Of a stretch of 64,000 nucleotides of DNA, positions 1 to 10,800 are shown in pieces. This DNA comes from a virus (Duplodnaviria; Caudoviricetes), in IMG/VR virus record IMGVR_UViG_3300014204_000002, positions 64,001-128,000 of that record; one strand, given 5' to 3'. Numbering within the stretch: position 1 is the first letter of the stretch; every line of letters begins with the position of its first letter. The translations under genes and the position numbers were made by a program. Under the pieces are notes generated by a model, which was not told the DNA's origin, did no database searches, and saw only the letters and a program-made list of their open reading frames with translations.

Positions 1-83
1 GTGGTGCCTCCAGATGGAGAGATAAGAATTGATTGCCCGGCTAATACTGTTTCGTGCCCGGCTATCATATCACCCTGCGTCAT
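1..83 (-). CDS. Partial (runs off window) tail/virion-associated protein
   Basis: ATG at 83, 2 nt after the stop of 86..604; open frame MTQGDMIAGHETVLAGQSILISPSGGT to the window edge. Confidence 0.55.
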   Translation of the reverse strand, partial: MTQGDMIAGHETVLAGQSILISPSGGT

Positions 84-85
84 GA

Positions 86-604
86 TTAACCTCGCCCATA
101 GGTAATTTTCCAGACCATGGCAAACGACTCACCACTGGCAATGACCCAATCGGTAAATGTTTGTCTTGAGCCCATGTATCCACTTGTGAGCGTTGTGTGC
201 AGTCCGGCCTCCTTGAGAGTTGCTGATTCTGTTGCCGTTATCACAATTGTATACTGCACGGTGTCTGGATAGGCTGGATCTGTGTTATATGTGCTTACAT
301 AACTGATTGTTGCAAGTTGACGAGCCATTACTGGGGAAACTAACTCATTCAGCGTATAATCGGTGCTACTTGCTGCGCTGGTTCCTACTGATGCATAGGT
401 GTATTTTCCGGCAGTATGGACGGCTAAATCATTAATTGCATAATTTGTAAGGGCATCACCGGCACATTTGTATAATCCGAAGTATTTGAGGAGTCTTTGC
501 CATAAACTTGGATTGTTATTGGTTTCAAATTCCTTGTGCCACACTCCTTCTTTGTCTATTCGATATCCTTCAAGGGTATCTATACATCTGGTATTATCTT
601 GCAT
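86..604 (-). CDS. Tail fibre/baseplate-associated protein
   Basis: GTSAASSTDYTL...ATLKEAGL pattern resembles phage tail-fibre N-terminal/baseplate proteins; position downstream of tail genes; GGAGG RBS. Confidence 0.55.
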   Translation of the reverse strand: MQDNTRCIDTLEGYRIDKEGVWHKEFETNNNPSLWQRLLKYFGLYKCAGDALTNYAINDLAVHTAGKYTYASVGTSAASSTDYTLNELVSPVMARQLATISYVSTYNTDPAYPDTVQYTIVITATESATLKEAGLHTTLTSGYMGSRQTFTDWVIASGESFAMVWKITYGRG

Positions 605-654
605 TTTATTTCCTCCTGTCTTGTTAAGTTTTACGTTATATAGTCTATGATTAA

Positions 655-2643
655 TTATGGTGTTATACGATAAATCCCGGCATTTATTAGGTCGGCGTCA
701 GTAATTACGTATATATCTTTGTAGATTTTGTGATTAAAGTCAAATTTAAACTTGTATTTGTGAGTGTCCGGGTTTTGCACGTTGATAATATTTGGTGTTT
801 TTCCATCCATGTAAAATATCTCACTTGCCTTCACACCATCGATGCAATGCGTCTGATTGTCACTAAATGAGAGAGATTGACCGTTATAAATAGGGATAAA
901 TGATGCAAAGTTATTCACGGTAAAATTCAAATAGTGTAGGGGCTCGCTCAAAACAGATTCGAGCACTGTAGCATCCTCAAATGTTTGCCATAAGGTTTCT
1001 CTGAATGGTGCAGCAATTTCACTTCTCGCGATTTCCGTATATGTGGCAAATGCACGCTCTACGTTGAAATAATGAATTTTGTCTACGTTTGTTGCTATTT
1101 CAGTCGCTGTTATAACAGAATCTATGGAATCATTTGGCTTGATATCAATTGCTATAATGGCAGTAGGATCGTCAATGGACTTGTTATCGACTACTGTAAC
1201 CGATATTACGCGAAATTCTTCTTCTGCCGCAATTCTTTGTGGTGTAATAACATCAATTTTATCGCCATTCATCCATGTGCCAGATGTAACACGGCCCCAA
1301 TCTGAAGTCGGAAATGCTGCTTCTGCCTTGTATAAGAATGTTGCAAAATCAGTCATGGAAATGGAGCCACATTCGCTCTTGTCAATTGGGAGTAGTTCAA
1401 TTGTCTTTGGGTAATAGGCCTGCAGTATGTTGGTTCTATTTGCTGCGACATTAGGGGCGAATTCTTCCCATTTGTTCACGACAGCATATACCTTTACGAC
1501 TTCGCCTGTTTCGTAGCCTTCAAGAGCCGCATATATCGGAAAGTCTAATCCTGCCGTTCTTGTTTTATCAGCGCCTTTTGGTAGTGTATATATGTGTGCT
1601 GCTTCAGAACCCCGATCTCCAGCAGTTCGCATATTCATGAATATTCCATCTTCAGAATAGTTCCACTGCCATTTAAACAGCACGTTATTGAACGTGACAG
1701 CAGACGATAGTTGATTTGTAATCGTGAACTTGTAGCAAAATTCAGGAAGCACGGCCCGTTTTATGGCTACCTGATCAGCGACATCCTTGGTTAAATCAGT
1801 GTACCACTTTACTTCGAATGGCGGAAGTTGCCCGAATGACGATATATTCCACGTAGGCTCTGGCATTGCAGTATATGTTTCACAGGTTGGAAATTCTGTT
1901 TCTGTGTTATTTGCCGTGATTAAATTTTCAAATATTTTACTATCATATGAAAGATTCCCTTCGTACCACGATGGTATATTGGAGCACATTATGCTCATAT
2001 CCCAGTCTATATCGAACATTCCATTTGTGTCATCGGTACTTCCAATAGTGTTATAGACTCCAATGCTGGCACTCTGGTAAAATGCCGGTAAGAATTCAAG
2101 ATTTTCAAGTTTTATAACACCCTGTGATGCAAACTGAGTGCCTGCAATTAAGCCAGTTTTGTCGAAAATCAAATCAATGGTAGTATTTCCTGCTACTACA
2201 ACATTTGTAAGCACTGCACTTGCATTTATTGAGGTGGATGATCCGGCTTTTTGGTAGGTGTTTTTATCGACTAAATCCACGATACTGGCAGTAATTGTTA
2301 TGTCCCCGGTGCATTCAGGTGGAATTATAACTGGCTTCAGGCTAAATACATCTGCAGCAATTCCCGTTGTGGTATTTGGGCCATTTGGATCTAACAATGT
2401 GACGGCGCTATTAATGCCTTTAGCGTAGCCATTTATCGTGTAATCGACCCAGACATCGGCGGTGCCATATCCTGAAAAGGTAAACGTGCCCGGATTTCCC
2501 GAAGAAGTTCCCTCAATAATGCTGTTTAGAATCCATGTCCAGGAAACGCCGGTTATTACGTCAGTGATATTTTGTGGAAGCAAGGTTCCGGTTGCCGCCT
2601 TTCCTGACGATGTTAATGATAATGTTGCCGGTGGCTGTGCCAT
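655..2643 (-). CDS. Minor tail / baseplate or receptor-binding protein
   Basis: 662 aa, Thr/Ile/beta-rich, abuts upstream gene (TAAATG), located in tail module. Confidence 0.55.
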   Translation of the reverse strand: MAQPPATLSLTSSGKAATGTLLPQNITDVITGVSWTWILNSIIEGTSSGNPGTFTFSGYGTADVWVDYTINGYAKGINSAVTLLDPNGPNTTTGIAADVFSLKPVIIPPECTGDITITASIVDLVDKNTYQKAGSSTSINASAVLTNVVVAGNTTIDLIFDKTGLIAGTQFASQGVIKLENLEFLPAFYQSASIGVYNTIGSTDDTNGMFDIDWDMSIMCSNIPSWYEGNLSYDSKIFENLITANNTETEFPTCETYTAMPEPTWNISSFGQLPPFEVKWYTDLTKDVADQVAIKRAVLPEFCYKFTITNQLSSAVTFNNVLFKWQWNYSEDGIFMNMRTAGDRGSEAAHIYTLPKGADKTRTAGLDFPIYAALEGYETGEVVKVYAVVNKWEEFAPNVAANRTNILQAYYPKTIELLPIDKSECGSISMTDFATFLYKAEAAFPTSDWGRVTSGTWMNGDKIDVITPQRIAAEEEFRVISVTVVDNKSIDDPTAIIAIDIKPNDSIDSVITATEIATNVDKIHYFNVERAFATYTEIARSEIAAPFRETLWQTFEDATVLESVLSEPLHYLNFTVNNFASFIPIYNGQSLSFSDNQTHCIDGVKASEIFYMDGKTPNIINVQNPDTHKYKFKFDFNHKIYKDIYVITDADLINAGIYRITP

Positions 2644-4329
2644 TTATATCACTCCTACTGAACCAATGCCAGTGTAGTAACCTTTGATTTCTTTATTTTC
2701 AGTTGTGGCAGGCACTCCATCACAGCGCTTCAGAGCATCCTGATAAATGTCGAAAACGCTAAAAAACGACGATCCGACGATAACTTCTGTTTTCTGCTCG
2801 GTAATTGTCATTTCTTTAATTTGCCACACTTGGTCGCTTGGATCTGTCTCTGGTTCGGTGTCCGTTCCTGTTCTGTAAGGCATGGGAGTCGTTGTTGTTT
2901 CGTCACCAAGACCAGTAAAGAAGTCGCCATCCTGAAATCGACATACACCTGCCTGAAATGTTACTTTGTATGTATCGCGACCTCGTTGTGTTGCATCAAA
3001 CACCTGTGCTGCAAAGTCTGCAAGCTGTTGATCGTGCAGATCAGAGTTAAGTTTGTACTGGATACATTTGGATGTAGCAAAGGCCGTTGCTGATTCCGGG
3101 GCGATCGCACGTTGATCTGCACTATTGTTCCAGAGAATGATATAATCTGCATTGTAATCAGAAGTCGAGGCTGGAATCTTGGTGCTGTCTTCGATATACT
3201 CGCTCATCGGATTAATTGTGATGCCGTTTCTCACAAAGCCGTACTCAAGTGCTCCAGTTAGTGAATTATACCACGTATAGAGGCCGCATTGGTTAATGAG
3301 GAACGTGTCAAGTGCTTTTCCTACCGACATACCAGACAAAATCTGCGGTGATATCTTTGACGATTTGCCGGGTAATGTGTCTCTGACTGCAACGAGTGGC
3401 GACGTACATACTCCGTATCCAGGATTGTAACCAAATACTGGCCCATCCAGATAAAACTGTATGATTAATTTGACCATTTCTGATATAGTGAAATAGCGAT
3501 TGACTCCGTATGGATTTGGGATCTTAATTCGGGATTTAAATAGTCCTACTCCGAGTTTTGCACAATGCTTACGGTTTAGGATGTCACCAATTTCAATGCA
3601 ATTGTATTTGAAGGTGCCATTTTGTGAGTTTTTTACTTCGCTCACTAATCCGTAAAACATTGGCTTTGTTGGATATGTCTCTGAATAAATCTGGATGATG
3701 TCGTCTACGTCTAATTCCTGATAGATAGTCGAGAATTCTGCAGTGTTCAGGTCTTTACAGGTTGCATGAATTGTTGTGTCGTATATCTGGTAATGTGACG
3801 CAAATCCCTGTTTTTCATAGAAGAATTTCACGTTGTCGTATTTTACTGTGCCTACTCCTCCTGCGAATAACTGGATTTCGTTTAGGGCGGGAATCCAGAT
3901 ATAACCAAGTTGCATGGAAAAGTGATACTGGCCAAGTTTGTTTGCCATTCGATCCCACGTAAATGAATTGATTCTCCATAGACGGTTACTTAATTCGGGA
4001 ACGAGATCGTTTCCTGATGTCACTGCAATGGCACGGCTTAATGCTTCATCTGGTCTATCGTCTCTTACAACGTCGAGTCTGGCATTTGCGTAGGTGCTCA
4101 TCACGAGACTGTCTGTAAATACGCCGGATATAGTAGCCGATCTATCTTCACAGCCTTGTGGAATAGTCAGGGGCTTGACCATCTCTTCAACTTTTAATAT
4201 TTTGGCCTTTGTAACAATGGTAACTTCTTCTAATAGAACTTCTGGTGATATACCATCAGGATCCCACTCTGATGCACCAGTTACTAGATTTTTCTTCTCT
4301 ACGTAGAAGGTGAATTTTATCTGGGCCAT
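2644..4329 (-). CDS. Baseplate hub (Tal/gp27-like) protein
   Basis: Second gene after tape measure; MFYGLVSEV...YNCIEIGDIL pattern typical of hub proteins. Confidence 0.55.
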   Translation of the reverse strand: MAQIKFTFYVEKKNLVTGASEWDPDGISPEVLLEEVTIVTKAKILKVEEMVKPLTIPQGCEDRSATISGVFTDSLVMSTYANARLDVVRDDRPDEALSRAIAVTSGNDLVPELSNRLWRINSFTWDRMANKLGQYHFSMQLGYIWIPALNEIQLFAGGVGTVKYDNVKFFYEKQGFASHYQIYDTTIHATCKDLNTAEFSTIYQELDVDDIIQIYSETYPTKPMFYGLVSEVKNSQNGTFKYNCIEIGDILNRKHCAKLGVGLFKSRIKIPNPYGVNRYFTISEMVKLIIQFYLDGPVFGYNPGYGVCTSPLVAVRDTLPGKSSKISPQILSGMSVGKALDTFLINQCGLYTWYNSLTGALEYGFVRNGITINPMSEYIEDSTKIPASTSDYNADYIILWNNSADQRAIAPESATAFATSKCIQYKLNSDLHDQQLADFAAQVFDATQRGRDTYKVTFQAGVCRFQDGDFFTGLGDETTTTPMPYRTGTDTEPETDPSDQVWQIKEMTITEQKTEVIVGSSFFSVFDIYQDALKRCDGVPATTENKEIKGYYTGIGSVGVI

Positions 4330-4790
4330 TAGATCACCGCTGGTAAATACCGACTAATGACCAAGTTAAATAGGATTACACTACGGCGCTGTGATGATCT
4401 AGTTATCGTGAATGTTTCAACTATCCATTCTGTACCGAGCGGGATTTCAGGATGATCGGTGTTGTCGGTGCAAGTTATGATTGAACAGGGCAAGAACACG
4501 TTATATAGAGTGTTTACGTTGCGTGCTGTGAATCCTGCAAGAAAAGAGGTAACATCGATTACTTTGCAAAGAACGCCATCAATGGTATACGTTTCAGTTT
4601 TTCGTCCTTTAACGTGCGTATACGGGTTGGATTCCTGCGTAAAGGAAGGATATGATTGAGAGTTAATCTCTCGTTTGTTTGTTATTTTTGCGGATTGCAG
4701 ATTGTGCGTAATACCGGCAGATGTTGGATTATATTTTTTTAGTCCGTTAATCATTGTGATATTAAGACACTTTTCTGTAAACACTAACAT
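4329..4790 (-). CDS. Distal tail (Dit-like) protein
   Basis: Directly after tape measure; ATG at 4790 follows a TATA box at 4815-4822; GRKTETYTIDG...WIVETFTI...FNLVI pattern. Confidence 0.5.
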   Translation of the reverse strand: MLVFTEKCLNITMINGLKKYNPTSAGITHNLQSAKITNKREINSQSYPSFTQESNPYTHVKGRKTETYTIDGVLCKVIDVTSFLAGFTARNVNTLYNVFLPCSIITCTDNTDHPEIPLGTEWIVETFTITRSSQRRSVILFNLVISRYLPAVI

Positions 4791-4835
4791 GATTATGTAA
4801 TGCAATTTTTACACTATATAATCAAAAAGAGAGTC

Positions 4836-7800
4836 TTATGATTTCGAAGAAGTGTTTACATTGTATTGTTTCAGCAGATCCGGCAATACTGCCTTTAACT
4901 GGGCTACTATGGCCTGTGCATTTTCAGACTTTTCTCCACCATTAATCGTGAAATTAAGCGTAATCTGATTTGACGATGTAACGAATCCATCATTTGGTGT
5001 CTCGTTTGTTGGTAAGTTGTTATTTAAATTTGCAGTAGATGTCTGTATTGCAGTATCAAACGATCCGAGTGATGTTGGCAAATCTGTCAATGGCTGAATC
5101 GCTGCTTGTGCAGAAGCATTATCAAGCGAGGTGGTTGTTTGAGGCATTAGCAATGGTGCTAACAATGCTCCGAATCCACCGGGCGTTCCTGCAGTTAATG
5201 CAAGTTGTGCTGCGGTATATGGATTTTCAGCAATTGCGCCCGCTGTGTTTTTTGCAAGATCGACGCCAGTTGCACCAAGTCCTACCATCGATGTTCCGAA
5301 TCCAAATATATTTCCAACATCGAGATTTGCTAACTGTTCAATCATGTCATAAATGCCAGAGTTCGCATCTGCTAACGATCCACCAAGATTTAATCCACCA
5401 ACTAATGGAACTTCTTCGCCTATGCCATAGTTTAGGTTAGATCGAAGCATGTCTGAAACTGCTGTATTACCACCTTTTAATTTTGTACCAAATCCTTCTA
5501 CGTTTTCTTTACCGAGTGCAGTATTCCATAATCCTGATAACCCAATATCAAGAATGCCAGATTTGTTCATGTCTGCGATCATTCGAGTGTCTTCTTTTCC
5601 AGACATTCCTCCCCAAACCTGCATTCCTTTGCCAAATGCGGCACTAAATAACCCACTGTCAACTAATCCCGCAAATTCGTTTTTCCCGGCGCCTTTTTTA
5701 ATTGCTTCTGCAGAATATTTACCACTGAAATAATCATCAGACGTTTTTCCAGCAGTTAACAACCCTGTTCCCATGACGACTGGCGCTGTTCCAGATAATT
5801 GCATTGCTCTACCGGCTGCCGTTCCAACTCCTGCAAGTCCTTTGCCTGCAACAACAGATGCTGCATTTCTGACGGTGCCTTCTCCGATGACTTTTGATAT
5901 TGCTGCAGGAGCAGATAGCGCTGCTCTTTGAACTGCATCTCCGGCAACGCCTGTCACAAGGTTACCAATGTGCATAGATGCAACGCCTAATGCTGTGTCA
6001 TATGGATTTCCATTCGATGATACTGCTGCAGTAGCAGGCTGTAACCAATCTGCCTTGTCAGGAATAAATTTTTCCCACGGCGTATAAATTTTGCGCCCAG
6101 TCATCGATTTCTGACCTGGTGATATTTTTGGAATGGACACAGTAGATAAATCAAGAGATCCCTTATTGTAATCCGCGACTTGATCGTGAGTAATAAAATT
6201 TGTGCCTTTATATTGCTCGCGTAATTGGCTTATTAATTTTTCTTGTTCTCTATTGACTAATACTGCACCAATATTTGTCTTTCCAGACTTATCGACTAAT
6301 GAGTCTCCTGGTTTTGATAGTAATGTAAACGCACCATGTGTATATGCTCCTCCCGCAGCGCCAGTTCCTGCCCCCGCCCCATTATAATCAATTAATGACG
6401 TAGTGTGAAATCTTTTTGTTGTGTCTACTCCGTTATTAATCAGATTATCAAGAGATCCTAACTGATTTGACAATGTCCCTTTTGCAATGCCATGAGCATC
6501 TATATTTGATCCAAGATGTTCTTTGCGTAAATTAGATTCCAAAAATAAAGATTCTGCATAATTATCTATCTCATTTGGCGTCCCAACTAATTTTTTATTT
6601 TGCTGTGCGATAGGAGAATATGCAGCAAAAAAATCTTTTTTAAATGTATCAAAGGACTTTGCGGGTATACTAACTGATCCAGTAGGACCGGGCACGTTTT
6701 GCTTGTTATATCCTCCGGTAGTAAACCAGTCCATGAAGCCAGCATTGCGTTTTGTTTGTTGGTTTCCGTAATCTTTTATATCGCCGTAATTACGGTATCC
6801 GCCATGTTGCGCCCATAATTCCTGTGTGTTATATCCAGCGCCGCCTTTTAATGCTCCAGTCATTGCCGATATACCTGCTTTTGCAGTGTCCACGGGATGA
6901 GTTATACCAGATACGATTTGTCCAAGATCTGATTTTATAGTAGTGGATGCTGATCCTGCCCCACTTTTAATTGACGAAATAACTGTTGAGATTGTCGGGC
7001 CAAGATCAGATATTGTTACTGTGATATCTCCGATTGTAGTTGCTGCCTTTCCTAATGCAATATATATAGCATCAAATGCACTCATTAATCCAGTTGTGAT
7101 TAATCCAGTTGCGTTTTGCACTGCAGCGACAAGTAATTCAACTATTGTTGTGGGAGAAGGAGTTGGCGTATGGCTTGGCGTCATAGTTTGAGTTAACGCA
7201 CTTTGCATGTCTCGTAACTGTTGTGGCGTCGCAGTAGGCGTTGTGGGTGGCGAAGGCGTTGTAGAAACTGGAGTTGGAATTGTTGCAGGGCCTAATCCGT
7301 ACAATTTCGATGGGAATAAACTACCAATGTCGGGCCATGGAATGTTATCGAAGAAGCCTTTATCTTCTTTCTGTGCTCCCCAGTTTGCGGGCATGTTTTG
7401 GACTACGACATTGATCGCGTTGCCGTTTTTGGCATCACCGAGCACTTTTGAGGTAGTCATGTTGAATGCCATAGACTTCGAAAGCGGATCCTGTAATGCA
7501 CGGTTTTCATTTGCTGCCTGTGCATCGAATGGCTTGAGCATTGACGGCATTAACGGGCCTGCAGCGATGGTACCTGTTGCATAATGAGGCATTTTGTAGC
7601 CTTTAGGAAGGACAGTTTCCCCAGATTGCAATGCAGCAATGGTATCATCAGGAGATCCGGGCACCATGTCTCTGGATGGCACTGGTACTACTCCACCTGT
7701 GTACATTCCCGGAACTTCGGGCTTATATGTTTCTATGCCTTGGCCAAACATCCAGTCTGATGCCCTGATACTAAATCCAGCGATCCTGATTTTTTCGCCA

Positions 7801-10800
7801 CCAAGCGCTTCGACTGCGGCTCCAAGTGCTTCGAGTCCCACTACTGCAAGCGCAATTAATGGAAGAATTGATACTAATGCTGCGGTAGAAGTCATACCAA
7901 TGGCAGTAAATCCTGCTGATATACCATTTAACATTGCCATTATTTCGGCACCTGTTCCAAATGCTCCCATAAACAATGATATCCCGGAAGTCAGGGGTTG
8001 AACAAGCATCGTAATTGCCATAATCTGCGCAGCCATCGTAATGAGCCATTGATTTTTACCAATAAACTCTAATAGTGGAGCAATCATTTTAATTGCATCT
8101 ACCAGTGCTGGCATTGCATTTGCTGCTGATGTGATTAATGTTACGAATGTAGCAAGCATGTCCTTATCGGCTAATTGGTTGAATAATTCTCCTATTGCAG
8201 CATTTAAGCCGTCTGAAAAGTCTTTGGTGGTAAATATGCGGGCAGCAAGAGCTGACATTGATAATCCAAACGTGGCCTGAACACCCTGAACATTTTGCCA
8301 TCCTTTAACAAGATCATTCTGTGATACTTCAAACTTTTTGAGTATATCAGTGACTTTACCCATTCCACCGGCGAATGCAGAAACATAGCCCACGTTTTGG
8401 AACACGGTATTAAGATCAGAGAGGCTTCCCATTACCTGATTTAATGCACCCTGAAGTTGCATCATCACGCCAGATAACGAGAAGTAAACTCCCATTGACG
8501 ACATAGAAATGGACGCAGCCTTCCACGACAGTCCCTGAGTTACTTTGCTGGCCTTCATCCACCCAGTTTCCCAAATACCCTGCCTCTGAACATCTACAGT
8601 AGATTTTTTACCAGTGGATGTTGCGCCAGTCTCGTATTTCGCAAGAGTTTCGTCAACTTTTTTCTGGTAATTCAAGAAAAAGGTATCGACTTCCTTTGCC
8701 CCCATTCCAAATTCTTTTAGTTTTTCTCTAAACTCCCCGAGATTGGTTTCCATTGCTGTAGTTGATTCAATAAATCCGTCTGCTCCTGTTTCCCAAGAAT
8801 CTACGAATTTAGTGTTAACCATGCTTTCTGCATCGAGTTTTCCAATACCAAATACATCAGTTTCACGAACTACATAATCTTTTAAATCTGCCTCGATCCC
8901 ACCTTGCTTTCCTTTTATAGCCTGTGAGTTTTTATAAAGCGCCTCGTTCAAGTCTGCTTGTGTCTTTTCTCCGGAAAGTATCTCTATGTTCTTAATGCCA
9001 GTAGTCAGTCCGAAACTTGCCTTGCCGGTATAAACGTCCTTTTTGTCAATTTGCTCATTTAAAAAGCCGGTGCTAAATGCGTTAATGCCCGCTCTGATAT
9101 TTCCGGTACTTGGAAGATGTGGAATTTTTCCCTGTCTAAACAGTCGAGCCAGTGGATTGTTTACTGACTGCTCGTGCATACGCTGTGCTATTTCTTCATC
9201 ATTACCTTGTGCACCAAAATAATCACGCAAATACGGAGCAACAATTCGTGTAAGTCCACCAACGACCCCCATTGGTTTTGTGCGATATCCTTGCGAGGCA
9301 CGTTCTTTTGCAGCACGATATGCAAACTGATCCTCTTGTTTAGTGTATGTAGCCTCTTCATTTACTCCAATAAGCGGATTGGTTGCATAGCCTTTATTAA
9401 TATTATCAATATATTTGGCTTTTTGCTTTTCGAATTTCGCAAGGCGGGCCGCATTATCTTCGTCTACAAGCCCCTCCATGTTACCAGTTGCTTTAAATCC
9501 AGTAGCGGCAAACTTTCCAAGAGCGTCACCAACGACATGCTGCATTTTTTGGAATGCTGCCGTAACTGGCTTCATGCTGTTAATTAATTCGCGAGAGTAT
9601 GGCGCAACCTTATATAACTCGTCTTCATCTGCTGCAACAGGTTTTCCAGATGCCGCATTAGCCATTTGCAATCTGGGAGCATTTCTTCCACTAGTTGCAA
9701 TTTGTTCTTCTGTAAATGGAGCATATGTTCTTTCAAACGCTGCTTTGTTTGCACTTTTCATCATCCCGGATCTTTGATTGAAATATCTTGTGGGATTTGC
9801 CATTAGCATTTCTACTGGATCGTGCTTAAGAACATCACGCATCTCACCAAATATATACTCTCCATCGCGCTTCGAGTTGAGCACATTGAGAATATCTGCT
9901 CCCGGACTTCCCTTTATAAAAGTGGATAAATCGGCCTTGGTTGCAGCAACAGGCTTGTTAGATTTTTTGTTTGCTGCTATCATCTTACGAAGGGTAGTAA
10001 CTGCTTGTTTTGATTTATCTCCTTTTAATGCATCGATTTCTTCTTGTGTATGAGGTGCGTACTTGCTCTTGTGAGATATAGTCTTATCTGGTGATATAAC
10101 ACTAGTAAATATACTTTTAAATTCATTTTTACCAAGCAATCCTTTGTAAAGGTTCATGGGATCTTGGAATAATGCATCATAATCTTTAACAGTGTCAAGC
10201 CCGGCACTATACATTCCGGCAGGATCTGCAAAGTCAACTATATCATCGTACCAAGATTCTGCTAATTTAGGATTTCCGGCAGCATCACTGAAGTATTTTG
10301 GATGTTTTCCCGGATCGTTTTTATTTACCGATGTTGTTACTTCTCTGCCTCCTCCTATATACGGATTGATTTGTGGCTCTTTTGGAGGAAGTGATGGCGG
10401 GCGTCGCTTTGAAAGATTTGCGTCATCGCGTGCTTCATATCCGGGATACGTAACCGTGTTATAATATTCTAAATCTTTTGCATATTTTTCTTCGGCGGCG
10501 TCATATCGTTCATTTCTGCGTTTTGAGTAGCCTAACCCGTCTGGAGTTCCATATTTGTAGCCGGGGATAGATCCACCATTTGCATAGCCACGTAATGCAG
10601 ATACAGTACCACCATTCATGTGCTTGAGATAGTCTTCCGATGAACTATCTTTAATTATATAAATGATATCATCCATTGAAGTTGAGGGATTTTGAGCAGC
10701 GTTTAGAGTAATTAAATCATCACGACCTCCTCCCGGACCTTTAAACATATAAGATGATGGTGTGCCTCCTCCAGTTACTTGCTGCCATTTATGAAACCCT